DNA from: Eledone cirrhosa
Taxonomy: Eukaryota
Direction: 5' to 3'
Length of the DNA stretch: 64,000 bases
NCBI GenBank assembly: GCA_964016885.1
Contig: OZ024741.1
Location: 346,456,001 to 346,520,000, forward strand
In this document: in pieces, positions 28,346 to 42,085 of the stretch
How the letters are laid out: each line of letters opens with the position of its first letter
Numbering within the stretch: the first letter of the stretch is position 1
Notes under the pieces: generated by a model
What the model saw: only the letters and a program-made list of their open reading frames with translations
What the model was told of the DNA's origin: nothing
The model's database searches: none
Translations under genes and position numbers: made by a program

Positions 28346-28523
28346 TTGTTTCTACTTTAGGCACAAGGCCAGCAATTACCCAGTGCATTACTGGTACTTT
28401 ATTTTATCGACCCCGTAAGGATGAAAGGCAAAGTCAACCTCGGCGGGATTTGAACTCAGATTGTAAAGGGACGTAACTATGCTAGAAAGCATGGCGTCCA
28501 ACCCTCCACCGATACTGCCAATC
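28346..28523 (-). mobile_element. Nin-domain SINE inserted into a PLE pLTR
   Basis: Reverse complement of the 4627 SINE. TSD aaatatacaatat(a/g)ttaa at 28328-28345 and 28524-28541. Confidence 0.85.
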
Positions 28524-29896
28524 AAATATACAATATGTTAATAAATGGAAATTATATTTATAAAACCATATTTATAAAACCATATTATACATATTTCAAG
28601 GGCAACCAAGGCAAATTATGCTGCACTTTCATCAGATAAAATACAGATTTGTTTTATAAATAAATATTGACATACCCGGAAAAAAACGACAACTTTAACG
28701 GTTGGAGCTTCCTGGATAGTGGAGATAGTACATTTATTGAGGGTGATACAAAATTATGAGTGAGTATGTAAATGAGTGTCCGAAAGGTTGAAAAGATAAT
28801 GGTCTATTTAAATTAAACTGTTGGAAGAAGCTGATATGTAAGGGAGAGAGAAAAATATAGAAAAAAGAAAAAAAGAAAAAAGAAAAAAAGGAAAAAAAGA
28901 AAAAAAAGAAAAAAAGAAAAAAAGAAAAAAAGAAAAAAAGAAAAAAAGAAAAAAGAAAAAAAGAAAAAAAAGAAAAAAAGAAAAAAAGAAAAAAAGAAAA
29001 AAAGAAAAAAAGAAAGGAAAAAATAGAAGAGGAAAGAAAGAACGATTATATATATTGATAGTGAAAATAGAGTGCATGACGAGATAAATATAGACAGCGA
29101 AAGTATATCTAAATGAGAGAAGAAATGAGAATAACGTGGATGAATAATATTTATAATGCAGGATTCATTATGCTTTGGTTATAATACTTATAATGATAGG
29201 TTGAAAAATGAGATTAAAATTAAATTAAAATAAAAAATTAGAAATCAAAATTAAAGATTAAAATTTACCTTAATATTAAATATTTAATTTAATAATTAAT
29301 ATTAAAAATTAGTTTAAATGTTAAGGATTATAAATTATTTAAATAAATATATAGTATATTACATTAGAGGAAAAATAGTATAGTTTATTTTATTAAGAGT
29401 TGTAAGTCAAATGTTAAACATCCAAATAATTCTAAATTTATGGAAATTTTACGACAGTTTACAAAAGAATAACCACTTAGTTATATTATAAAAACAGTAA
29501 GGAAGTGTAAAGGAAGTTAGAAGTGATTTTTAAAGAAATCAGATGACTCTAAGGATTAAATGTTATAAAGTTAAAAAGTAAAAAAAATCTTATCTTAAGA
29601 ATATAATTAAAATATGAACCATATGTTATTTTATACGAAGTCATAAATTTACTTGCTATAAACTTAAAATAATAACATTAAAATTAAAATTAAACATTAA
29701 AAAATTAAAATTAAAACATTAAAAAAATTTATCTTAAGAATATATTTAAAGCATAAACCACAGGTTATTCCACATATATATAAAAAACCTATATATAAAA
29801 ATCATATGTTTTTCCACATATATATAAACATTTGGGTATATATATTAAAAACGTTTTTTCCGGGTATGTCAATATTTATTTATAAAACAAATCTGT

Positions 29897-29960
29897 ATTT
29901 TATCTGATGAAAGCGCACCATAATTTGCCTTGGTTGCCCTTGAAATATGTATAATAAAAT
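29897..29960 (+). ncRNA. Type I hammerhead ribozyme
   Basis: attttat-CTGATGA-aagcgcacca...tggttgccctt-GAAA-tatgta-TA-ataaaat, with a perfect 7-bp stem I. Confidence 0.8.
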
Positions 29961-29999
29961 AAATATGGTTTTATAAATATAGTTTCCATTTATTAATAT

Positions 30000-30050
<51 letters not shown>

Positions 30051-30055
<5 letters not shown>

Positions 30056-32314
30056 GTAAATTTGTATTCCAATGTTACTAAGTAGTTGCATTGGATGGAG
30101 TCAACCGACGTCAGAGATTGCTCAACGTATAATAAAGTGTGTTTTAAAATCCTGAGAAAATATGGAGAAGAAGTTTATGAAATGGAAATGCGGGTATACA
30201 GAATTTATTAGGTAACAATTGTTTCTATAGTGTATGGGTTACCTATACCTCGCTATTTGAATAATATAAAAATATTATCATAAACCGAAGGTACACTGTA
30301 AGCAAACACACCATGTCGTCAGACCTTTGTATTGGAATGATATGAAAATATTTTATACACTAGATAAAAGAGAAAGAAGGAGGTAGGAAGAGAAGGGGAA
30401 GAGGAAAGTGAGTAAGGTGGAGGGATTCCTAGGATTTAAGACTGTCAGACTAGTAGAGATTGTAAGGAGAGAATGTTTTGGCAGCAGTTAGCTTAATGAG
30501 GCGTGCTAGGGTTGGCGGGGGAAGTAAATTCTTCTAGTGGTGTTGTTCGGACAAAATTTAGTTAAAGGGGTCAAAGTGGTACAGAGTCACAGACAAGTTA
30601 TTGGGGCTATTATAGTAGCAGGTTATTTCTAAAGGGGTCCAAAAAACAGTGTTTAGTACTATTATTATAGAAAGCCATATCTTGTGTATAAACATATAAA
30701 ACAGAAATTTGCAAACGGTGGTGTAAAAAGGTAACATTATATGCATTTAAAAAAAGAAAAAGTCGTTTTCAAACGATGGTTACAGTATAGAGAACGTTCA
30801 ATTTTGCTGTTCAAAAGTTTGTTTACCGACGAGCATGCTGAGTATTATAATGACACACTTAGAAAAGCTGGTTACTGCGAGAAAATAGAATATCTAGACG
30901 ATAACCACATAAGTACTATGAATAAAACACATCTAAGTCGAACTAGTATTGCACCACACACACACATCAATAGGCATACTAATAGGTGCAAACCAGCAAA
31001 TAGAGTCAGACGTAGAGAGTACATGTGGTATAACCCCGTGTACAATTCTTCTATTAGCACTAAGATTATCTCACAATTCTATACACTAATCAATAAACAC
31101 TTTACAACTTCACATAAATACTCTAAAATCTTTAACTCGCGCACCATTAGACACCCATACTCCACTGCACCTAACATAGAACAACTAATTAAAAAACTCA
31201 ACTCAGCAATACTAAATAAGTACATCCCTAATGACTCAGCGCACCAGCATAGCAACATACAACGCACTAACACGCAACTACAACCCCACCAAACTATCCA
31301 GGATTCTACTGCAAAACATAAAAATAATTGTAACTGCACCAAACCAGGTACCTGCCCACTGAATAACCAGTGCCTAGCACGCAATATTGTCTACCGATGT
31401 ACAATAAATTCCGGAAAGAACAAATGGTATTACGTCGGATGTACCGCAACTTCTTTCAAGGCCCGCCTATACCAACATCGATCTTCGATCAGGCACGAGA
31501 AAATGCGCTCCGTAACAACCCTCGCCGATAAAGCCTGGCAGGTCCGGAGGAACAATCAAGCATTCTTCCTTGATTGGCAAATTATTGCACTGTGCCTGCA
31601 TATATTTCAAAATCATCGATTCTGCAAGTTATGCAATTTGGAGATATATTGCATTTTAATGTCGGTAAACAAACTTTTGAACAGCAACATTGAACGTTCT
31701 CTATACTGTAACCATCGTTTGAAAACGACTTTTTCTTTTTTTAAATGCATATAATGTTACCTTTTTACACCACCGTTTGCAAATTTCTGTTTTATATGTT
31801 TATACACAAGATATGGCTTTCTATAATAATAGTACTAAACACTGTTTTTTGGACCCCTTTAGAAATAACCTGCTACTATAATAGCCCCAATAACTTGTCT
31901 GTGACTCTGTACCACTTTGACCCCTTTAACTAAATTTTGTCCGAACAACACCACTAGAAGAATTTACTTCCCCCACCAACCCTAGCACGCCTCATTAGGC
32001 TAACTGCTGCCAAAACATTCTCTCCTTACAATCTCTACTAGTCTGACAGTCTTAAATCCTAGTAATCCCTCCACCTTACTCACTTCCCTCTTCCTACCTC
32101 CTTCTTTCTCTTTTATCTAGTGTATAAAATATTTTCATATCATTCCAATACAAAGGTCTGACGACATGGTGTGTTTGCTTACAGTGTACCTTCGGTTTAT
32201 GATAATATTTTTATATTATTCAAATAGCGAGGTATAGGTAACCCATACACTATAGAAACAATTGTTACCTAATAAATTCTGTATACCCGCATTTCCATTT
32301 CATAAACTTCTTCT

Positions 32315-32320
<6 letters not shown>
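30051..32320 (+). mobile_element. Hydra-like PLE, 5'-truncated, with inverted pLTR
   Basis: Coding remnant 30831-31754 reads WYNPVYN, CNCTKPGTCPLNNQCL, NIVYRC...YYVGCT, CKLCNLE, YCNH. Arms 30160-30830 / 31661-32320; tail 30051-30159. Confidence 0.9.
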
Positions 32321-32349
<29 letters not shown>

Positions 32350-32791
32350 ATATTAATAATATATTTATCTCTGTCTCCCTCTATTTTTCTCTCTCCTTCT
32401 CTCTCTCTCTATATATACATGCACAAAAACATACGTACATATATACATATATACATATATGTATATATACATATGCAAGAGTGTATCTATATTAAAGGAT
32501 AACACCCATAGAATAGTAATTAAGTGCGAGAGAGGTTTTTTTTTCATACGGATAAATATTTGCTCACGTGTTCAGACAGCAGTGTTATCACACTTTTTAC
32601 ACAAAGCTGAAACTTATTATGCCGTAATTACACACATATGAGAGACCTAATGAATGGAAATAGGTAATAGGTACGAAACACGCATATAAATGCAGTTCTC
32701 TCATACGTTGTCTGTATACCTTTCATATGTACATATATATATATGTGTGTGTGTACAAACAAATACACGCGCAAATATATACACATGCACT

Positions 32792-32823
<32 letters not shown>

Positions 32824-32841
32824 TACAAACACGCACACACG

Positions 32842-32963
<122 letters not shown>

Positions 32964-33066
32964 ATTGTTATATTGCATAGAGCACTCGTCTTTCCTTTAC
33001 CTTTTGTATGGAAATACTTAACACGTAAAACACACATACAGACACGGAATATCTATATATATGTTA

Positions 33067-33103
<37 letters not shown>

Positions 33104-33105
<2 letters not shown>

Positions 33106-33347
33106 CGAAGGAAATGTGGTAAGGAACCAGATGGACCATAACGCACCAAAGTACTCAATACTTAGGGTAGTAGAGTGTGTAATAGGAACAAGTATGACAC
33201 CAGAATTTGCCGTCGAAATAGGAACACGTATGACGTCCAGAATTAGCCGTCGAAACGGCTTGAGCTCTGCCGTCGGGGTCATACTTGTTCCTATATATAT
33301 ATATATATATATAACGAAGGAAATGTGGTAAGGAACCAGGTGGACCA
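33104..33347. mobile_element. Mini fold-back element, copy 2, plus a repeated tail fragment
   Basis: aacgaaggaaatgtggtaaggaacc...gtcgaaacggcttgagctctgccgtcggggtcatacttgttcc; tail start repeated at 33313-33347. Confidence 0.75.
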
Positions 33348-33361
33348 TATATATATATATA

Positions 33362-35418
33362 TAACTTTGAATAACTTTGAAATGTTTTGGCCAGTATTGG
33401 CCCAGGCCATGTCTAACTTAATAGCACCACCTGGCGAAGTCTTTCAATTCAGGATTTGGGCACCATGGCCCATTCGAGAAGAGAATTACTGTTTGCGGAG
33501 ACATATCCGGGTGTGGGTGGTTTGTCCGGGATTACTTGGAGGAATTTGTCCAAAGACTTCTTGAATTTTGTGTGGTCAGTTTCTGTTTTGACGTGTCCTG
33601 GCGTGATGTTGAAGAGAGCAGGGCCAATTGAGTAGAAATAATTGTGCCGTATTGTTGTTATGAGTTGCGATTTAGATTTTTGTTTGGGACGGATAGCACG
33701 GGGCCCAAGCCTTGGGTGTATTTTGAAGGTGATGCCAACATTATTTGGGCAGTGATGATGAAACATTTTCCCCATCATGCAGATAATATAACGCTCACGG
33801 CGACGTTGGAGTGAGTAAAGTTTCAGCTTTTCTAGTCGACCCCAGTAGTCAACGTCTGACATGCCATCTATCTTTTTCGTGATTGCCCTTTGAGGAGCTT
33901 CAAGTTTCATGATACTTTGTTTCGTGTGGGGAGACCACAGTGGACAACAGTATTCAAGGTGTGGTCGGGCAAAAGTAGAGAAGAGAAGGATAATGGTGTG
34001 GGAATCTCTCGACTGGAAGGTTCTGAGGATCCAGGAACACATTCTGCGGGCCATGTCAACTTTGCTGCTTATATGCGTGGCGCAGCTTATGTTGCTGTCC
34101 ACGGTTACTCCCAAGTCTCTGATGTTGATAGATGCCACGAGAGTTTCACCGGAGGGAAGCGAGTACGGCAGTTTCAGAGCATCCTCTTTTCCAAAGTGGA
34201 TCAGTTCGAATTTGTCTTCGTTCAGTAACATGTTGTTCTTTTCCGCCCATTGGGTAACAGCCAGTAGGTCTGACTGAAGGCTTATCCGGTCATCCACGCC
34301 ATTGATGACCTTTTGGAGCTTGGAATCACCAGCAAAAATGTTAATGTTGCTGTGTTTGATGATGTCAGTGATGTCATTAATATAGATGATGAAGAGAAGT
34401 GGGCCCAACACAGTGCCTTGTGGGACCCCACTACTGACTTTGGCTGGGCTGGATTTGACTCCTTCAACTACAACATGTTGGGTTCTGTTTGACAGGAAGC
34501 TCTTGATCCACTGCAGCAGCTTTCCAGTGACACCAATATTGGACAGTTTTCTCAGTAGAATGTTGTGATCAACCCTGTCGAAGGCCTTGCTGAAATCAAG
34601 GTAGATAACATCAGTGTTGGAACCCTCTCCCAAGGCTCTTAAAATGTCATCAAAGTGATGCAGTAGCTGCGTCAGGCAATCCCTTCCATTACGGAATCAA
34701 TGCTGGTTGGAGTTCAGCATATTGTTACTCTTAAGGAAGTGGGTCATTCGCGATCTCACCACTCTCTCAAATACCTTAATGATATGAGAGGTGAGTGAGA
34801 TTGGATGGTAATTCACGGCAAGGGATTTGTTTCCTTTTTTGAAAACTGGGACAACAGATTGGGATAGAAGGTTTTCTGGCACTTATGCAGCATCCAGTGA
34901 GTTCCGCCACAGATTGGCAAGAGGAGATGCAAGTTGGTGTTGACACGCCTTCAAGACACAAGCAGGGAACCTATCGGGACCTACTGCTGAATTATGCTTG
35001 ATTTCCTTTATTGCCACCAAGATTCAGGGGCGCCAAACGTTATGTCCGATAAGGTGTAATGGGGAGTAACATCGCCGATACAGCCCAGATCGGCCATATC
35101 AGGATTGCTGAAAACAGAACAGTATTGTTTCTGCAGTATCTCTCCCATGGTTTTAGCATTGTCTTGAAGAGTGCCATTTTCATCAATTAGAGGGCCAACA
35201 GTAGAGCCAGTGATTTTGTGTTTTTTTGCAAATGAAAAGAACACTTTGGGATTGAGTTTGATCATCTCAATGGCCCAGGCCTCTTCAGCTCTTCTCTGAT
35301 TGTTGATGATAGACATCATGTTGTTTTGGAGGTTATGTTTTTTAATCTCTAGTTTTTAATCTCTAGTGATGAAATGGCAGTCAAGTTGATGTGTTGCTGC
35401 TGACAGTATTTCAGCTTG
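33362..35418 (-). mobile_element. 5'-truncated CR1-clade LINE
   Basis: YLDFSKAFDRVDH, SGVPQGTVLGPLLFIIYIND, FAGD (dead YADD), RDLGV, RPHLEYCCPLWSP, LKLYSLQRRR. 3' tail (ttcaaagtta)2; TA flanks. Confidence 0.9.
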
Positions 35419-35614
35419 TTATATATATATATGTATGCATATATGTATTTATGTACAAAAGTCTGCGGTGATTGACCAGGGAGAATACAAATCAGACTAG
35501 TACACTATTCATGGGAAGAAGCATAGTCAATATAAAAGGGGGAAAAATATTCTACCGTAACACCTAGTGATTTTGGCAAGTATTTTCAAGAGTAGTTACC
35601 TCCTTTTATTCACA

Positions 35615-35672
<58 letters not shown>

Positions 35673-35683
35673 TACACACGCGT

Positions 35684-35726
<43 letters not shown>

Positions 35727-36091
35727 TATATGCATATGAAAAAAAACACGGTGAGAACGATGCGTGTGGCTTTAACCAAAGGAACAAAATAGAGAAAGAA
35801 GAGAAATAGAATCACAGAAAAGAATATGAAATGCAGTCCAAAGTGCAGACAAAGAAAAATGGCACTGAGCTGTAGTTTGTAGTTAGGAGATGTGTATTAT
35901 ATGATAGTTAAAACAAAAGAACTCAGGGCTAATTCTTTAGAATATAAATTCAAATTAGGGAACGCACGCGGCAATGGAAATTAAAAACAACGAAAAGACG
36001 GACTGTGTTCCCCTTTTCGTTGATTTTCCCATTGTCTTTGGCCTTGGCGTTCCCTATTTTGAGCTCCCCCCCCCCATATATATATATATAG

Positions 36092-36275
36092 TGGAGGAAC
36101 GTGGTAAAGTGGTAAGTGTGTTGAACTTACGATCATAATGTCGTGGGTTCGATTCCTGGGTCGCGTGTTGTGTTCTTTAGTGAAACAATTAATTTCACGT
36201 TGCTCCAGTATACTCAGCTCAAAACGAATACGGGTAATAGCTGGGTGTTTACCCCTGCGATGGACTGGCGATTGT
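36092..36275 (+). mobile_element. tRNA-derived SINE (second family, CORE-like centre)
   Basis: tggtaaagtggt A box, gggttcgattcc B box, gtgttctttagtgaaaca...ttcacgttgctccagt, cccctgcgatggactggc. Confidence 0.7.
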
Positions 36276-36759
36276 CAATGCTATAGCTGCTTATATTTAT
36301 CGATAATGTTGATAATTAAGGTGTTTATGCATGATGGTTACGATGTAACACTACAAACACAAACTGGTTTAAGCAGTCAAACATCTCTCCCCATCAGTAG
36401 CATATCACTAGCATCTTGATGGCGAATAAGCCTCATGGAGTTACCATTTACGAAATAGTATTATATTTAAATAATTGTTTTATTTCAATGATTAATAATC
36501 ACGCAATATTTTTAGAGGAATATGACTCTCCCTTTGTCGTGGAACTCTTCTTCGCTAGACGAAAAAGCTCTTTCGTCACTTTGTAAAGGGCTTACTCATT
36601 GACACAGAACTTCTTTTGTCATTGCTTCATAAATAAAGTCGTAAGAAAAGCAAAGAGCGTTCCTGACTCATTTAGTTTCATCATTAATAGACCTCAGGCG
36701 TATCATCAGATATATGCAGTATAAAAACCCCCTCCGATCAGGAATTGCCAAGGAATTTG

Positions 36760-37021
36760 CATCTAGAAAGTTTCCCTTCCGTGACACTAGTCCAGGAAAT
36801 GTGTCGTTTTGGAAGACCAGCATTCGCCCATGAATATCCATCTGCCCTCCGAATGCCACCGATGTCAAAGGGTCAGGCCGATAGTGTTTAGCACATGTGA
36901 CGTCGAAACTCATTTTTACAGCTTAGTGTATTGATATATCTTACTCAAGAACACATCGCAAAGCCCGGTCCGGGAATCTAATTTACAGCCTCACGATTCT
37001 GAATCCCACTCTCTAACCATG
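36760..37021 (-). mobile_element. Degenerate tRNA-derived SINE
   Basis: Reverse complement reads tggttagagagtgggattcag...attcccggaccgggc...gtgttcttgagtaagata; left boundary uncertain. Confidence 0.55.
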
Positions 37022-37800
37022 TCATGTATATATATTTATATACTTATGCCGTCGAGATTCATGCCGTGTCTTCCTATGATTTCGATGGAAGGAAATGGTG
37101 GCGTGTGTGTGTACGCGCGCGATCGTGTGTGTATATGTGTGTGTGTGTGTATGCGTGTGTGTGTTTGCGCGCGCACGTGTGTGTGTGTGTGTGAGTGTGT
37201 GTGTGTGTGTGTGCGGGAGAAAGGAAGCCCGAGCCCATCTTTGAAGTAGCAATTCAATTATCGACATCGATAAAATAGAGGAATAAGATTTGAAAACCAC
37301 AAACCATTTGTGGATGCTATTCAGATACGCACACATCACACAAACACACATACACACATATATTTATATATATATGTGTGTGGGTGAGTGTGTGTGATAC
37401 ATATATAATGAAATTACGAAATATGAAAAGCGCCACTAGGTATCATACATTAACATTATAATAATAGTGTACTATGAATAATCTTATTTGAGAGATTAAA
37501 CAAACCAGTATTCAATTGAATATTATTTATCTATTTGAAGGTACTGCTTTAGTCAGACTACGGGTTTCTACACGCCAAGTAGCGTTTCTGATTTGTCATT
37601 AAAATAGGTCATTGTATAAAGATGCATCTTGTATAAATGTATCGCATTGTATATAGGCTAATATAATTACAAACAGTAATTGTCACAATTAATGTTCCTA
37701 ATTATACTTTATTAATACATACATAGATACACGCATACATAAACAGACACAGCAGACACATGCTCACAGACACATGCACACAGACACATGCACACATACA

Positions 37801-37896
<96 letters not shown>

Positions 37897-37941
37897 GAAA
37901 GGTATAGAGATTGTTTTAGCGAGAAGCTAATAGTATTCTAT

Positions 37942-38039
<98 letters not shown>

Positions 38040-38673
38040 CACTGATGATAGATAACGATCGAAAAATGCATGACTGGTGTTGTCACACGGCTAACTAATG
38101 GTGTAGATGAAACATCGATATAATGTAAATGATTTTACCGAAATTTCCGAATCTTTATTATACTAAAACATATTGTATATGTTTTCATTGAACCCTCTAT
38201 TACGAATGAGACTGTGTTAGAATTACTTTTATTTAATGCTAGTTAACCATATTTACATTGTATGCAGGGTGCATCTCCAGAAATTGTTTTATTTACAGAT
38301 ATTATTTAAGCTTGGGCTCATTCTTGTTTCAGTACTGGGTGACAAACATCATTGTAGATGGATAAAACATGTGCCTAGGGTTTTCTTATCTGATTATCTG
38401 ATCGTAAATATTCCTTACGAGACACGTATTTTTACAATGCATACACATATTTTATGCACCTTTATATTCACCCCAATTAATACACATTTATAAAGATGCA
38501 TTAATGTTCTACTCAATTAAGGTAGGATATATAACACTATTAATTATTAATGTAGTGTCGATGTGAATATCCCATCGATGTGAGTGATGTCATTCAGTAC
38601 TTGGTCAGCCTTTCTCATGTACTCATGTACTCATGTAACAAAAGCCGATATTTCTAGGACAATAATTGTAATA

Positions 38674-38890
38674 GAAGTCGCGTGGCTGAGAGGTTGGATT
38701 CGCAATTGTGAGGTTGTGAGTTCGATTCTCGGACCGGGCGATGCGTTATGTCCTTGAGCAAGACACTTTATTTCATGTTGCTCCTTCTACTTGGAGTTGC
38801 GACCGATGAATGGATTTAGCAATTGGAAAGAGCATTGGAAACATTGTTTCCTTGGTCCGATTTGACGAAAATCAATCGATTGTCGATGTG
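38674..38890 (+). mobile_element. tRNA-derived SINE (truncated inverse copy at 41866-42008)
   Basis: gagttcgattctc B box, tgtccttgagcaagacacttt core; body matches the reverse complement of 41866-42008. Confidence 0.7.
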
Positions 38891-39127
38891 AAATTTGAAA
38901 CCAATATGGATTTTTCTACTTGTAGGTAACGCAACCATTACATTGTATTAATGCATATTAGATATATGGTCATATGTGGAAGATTCATTTGTGTGATTAT
39001 GTATGAATATATCCGTGCACACATATCTGTGATAGAGCGGGTATGTGGCGCTTTATGTCTGAATATCTTCGGAAGGCCAACTCATCCAGTAATATAGGAT
39101 ATCAAGTCATGAAACAATACATAATTA

Positions 39128-39312
39128 TAATTGTTTCTACTTTAGGCACAAGGCCAGCAATTACCCAGTACATTACTGGTACTTTATTTTATCGACCCCG
39201 TAAGGATGAAAGGCAAAGTCAACTTCGGCGGGATTTGAACTCAGATCGTAAAGGGACGTAACTATGCTGGAAAGCATGGCGTCCGACCCTCTACTGATAC
39301 TGCCAATCCACC
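39128..39312 (-). mobile_element. Nin-domain SINE
   Basis: Near-identical to 28346-28523. Confidence 0.85.
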
Positions 39313-40029
39313 AAATGTCAATCATACCAGGAAGTTATCTGTCTTGCTCTGTTGCATATCAAAAGTAAAGCTACAATGGTGTTGTTCTGGGTTTGATTCC
39401 AAATATATGAAAATTGTAGGAAGTAAATTGGATTGAATGTAACTGCGCGGCGGCTTGAAATATTGAACGAACCTATGATCGGAACAGGAAGCGTAAAACC
39501 TTTTTCAGTTTAACACCATAAAGTCGTCGGTGTTTGCTATCAGTTCAGTCAACTCTATTGTAAGGACACTAGTCATATGTCTATAGTCTCTAAAGAATTA
39601 CTTTCTATTCTCGAATTACTTTCCCTAGCCTAGAAAATATGAATACTGTCATTTTCCAAATGCCAAAATATAGTAAGAATTATATGGGATTGTTTTCAAA
39701 ACATATTTCTATGTATATTCAAATCGCAAAATTTTGTTTACGCACTAGATTAACGAGATTGCGTAAGCTTATTTTATTATTATTTTATTTTTGTGCAAGA
39801 TGATTTCTATCACAATCTATAATCCGAATATTCGAGTATACTGCTTTATAATAGAAATTAGCTTGCAGGTTGCAAATAATATTATCGACATCAGATGGAA
39901 GATCACGGCGTCTGGCTGGTATTTGAACATCGCTGAATGAAAATAGAATGAATTAGATATCAGAAATTATTCTTCACAGGCGAAGCTTGGAAATGATACT
40001 AAGAAACATTACATACAAATAATGATATC

Positions 40030-40232
40030 TATTTTCCACACAAGGCCAGTCATTTGAAGGGTAAGGGAAAGTTGATTAAATCCCCACCAGTGCGTGACTG
40101 GTACCATATTATATTGACCACTTAAGAACGAAAGCCAAAGCTGAATTCTGCGACATTTGAATTCATAACGTAAAGGGCCATAATTATATGCCTCAAAAAA
40201 TGTTGCCTGAAGCTCTATCGACTCTGCCAATT
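40030..40232 (-). mobile_element. Older Nin-domain SINE
   Basis: Degenerate match: acacaaggccag...ctggtacc...atttgaattca...cgactctgccaat. Confidence 0.6.
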
Positions 40233-40397
40233 TCTTACCCTAGCATTATTGTGTTACTGCTCCAACTGAACATCGTAAAGTTTTATATCAGTAGATCTGT
40301 CTTTAGAATTGGTTAACCTATATTTTGTCAGAAAATATGATTAATAATTATATATATATATATAATTAAAAAGTGAACAACACAAAATATAACTACT

Positions 40398-40461
40398 CCA
40401 TTACCAAAGGTTTCTGGATCCCAGACAATAATAATATACGTCTGGATCGGTCGTCAGACGG
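40398..40461 (-). ncRNA. Type I hammerhead in a 170-bp solo pLTR fragment (about 40365-40533)
   Basis: Reverse complement reads ccgt-CTGACGA-ccgatccagac...gtctgggatcca-GAAA-cctttgg-TA-atgg. TA flanks. Confidence 0.7.
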
Positions 40462-40532
40462 TGATGTTATGGATAAAAAATATGAAATAAGTTTTAAAAT
40501 ATTTCCTTTGATTTTCCTTCGGAATTACCTAA

Positions 40533-40592
<60 letters not shown>

Positions 40593-40621
40593 TTATATAT
40601 ATGTTTTATATATATATATAT

Positions 40622-40655
<34 letters not shown>

Positions 40656-40880
40656 CAAATAATGACGTATTATCTTCGTTTTTTCCCCGTTCTTTGCCAG
40701 GGAACGTTTCCACGAACCAAAGTATCTTCTTCCTGTCTTCCTTCGGTTGCAACGTTTTTCGAAATATTTACTTCTGCGTTCACAGATTGATTTTTTTAGT
40801 TTCAGAAGATCCCCTTAAGGCTGAAAGCAGCGATTCTTTGCTTAAACTTTAATCTGTTATTTTAATAATATATATGTTTA

Positions 40881-40942
<62 letters not shown>

Positions 40943-40945
<3 letters not shown>

Positions 40946-41378
40946 AAGGAAATGCAAAATTTTGATGATAAAGTCCTTTATTGATAAGGCTGTGATATAT
41001 AATTCGAGGACGACATTGGGTACGCAATTCGGCGTAGAAGCTAGCCCCATGCTCTCTTCAGACAGCGTCTTACATGATAACGTTACAATCAATTCGATTA
41101 ATGAATATCGCTGTTTGTCCCTTCCCTTGTCACTTCAATCTTGGATTACCTCGTTGATTGTAACTTTACTATGTAGGATTCTGTCTGAAGAGAGTATGAC
41201 AGTGGCTTCTTCGCTGAATTGCGTAGTCAATGTGGTCCTTGAAATATGTGTCACGGCCATATCAATGAGGAACTTTATCATCTAAAGTTTGTAATTCTTT
41301 ATTCTAAAAATACTCCGTTACTCCTGTGTGGAAAATGCCCGTTGAGTTCTTGAATTGAATTACATCAATATTTTTACA
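40943..41378. mobile_element. Diverged fold-back PLE end with hammerheads
   Basis: Arms about 40943-41100 / 41143-41300. ctgt-CTGAAGA-(49 nt)-GAAA-tatgtg-TC-acgg at 41181-41256. Confidence 0.7.
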
Positions 41379-41401
41379 ATATATATATATATATATACAT
41401 T

Positions 41402-41850
41402 GTCATACTTTGGGAGGTTCATGTTGCCAATAAGAAACACACGCACCAGTAGCTTTAATTCCAATTTATTATAAATTAAATTTATAAATTTAAGAATTTA
41501 AAAATTTCCGGTTGGTTGGTTGGTTCCACAACAAAACCAAGATGGCGTAGGACAGAACAAAGGATAGGCACAAAACAAAGAAATGAATCCCCAGTCACTG
41601 AAGAGGTCACAGAATGTGTGACGAAAGAACTTTGACAATATATGAACAACCATCCGGTTGTGGAACCAACCAACCAACTGGAAATTTATAAATTCTTAAA
41701 TTTATGAATTTAATTTATAATACATTGGAGTGAAAGTTACTGGTGCGTGTGTTTCTTATTGGCAACATAACCCTCCCAAAGTATGACTATATCGGTTTCA
41801 ACACACGTTTTCAGATAAAGAATCTTGCTAAACAAATTCAGAAACGAAAT
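41402..41850. repeat. Fold-back with 130-bp arms and a one-sided tail between TA tracts
   Basis: 41402-41532 is the reverse complement of 41658-41788. Confidence 0.75.
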
Positions 41851-42085
41851 ATATATATATATATATCGACAGTCGATCGACTTTCGTCAAATAGGACCAA
41901 GGAACCAAGGTTTCCATTGGTCTTTCCAATTGCTAATATTATCTATCGGTCGCAACGCCAGGTAGAAGGAGCAATGTGAAATAAAGTATCTTGCCCAAGA
42001 ACACGCTGCTAAAATAATGTGTACACGTAAAGCATATTTGCACAAAACTCTATATATATTCCATATGTATATATATATATATATA

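Larger units (their letters stand above)
28262..30003. mobile_element. Non-coding PLE insertion with inverted HHR-bearing ends
   Basis: About 28530-28688 is the reverse complement of 29853-30003. HHR at 28583-28642 (minus) and 29897-29960 (plus). Internal (AAAAAAG)n at 28859-29020. Confidence 0.8.

Noticed and set aside
30741-30830. ATG start of the 337-aa ORF
   Set aside because: The first 30 codons are the antisense of the inverted arm, so the start is a junction artefact.
36510-36700. Possible host exon in unique sequence (also 12560-12700 and 48100-48360)
   Set aside because: Frames are short or stop-interrupted, with no recognisable protein motif or paired splice sites.
38042-38075. 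CTGATGA...GAAA motif next to a TA tract
   Set aside because: No valid NUH triplet or stem I could be assigned; at best a degenerate relic.
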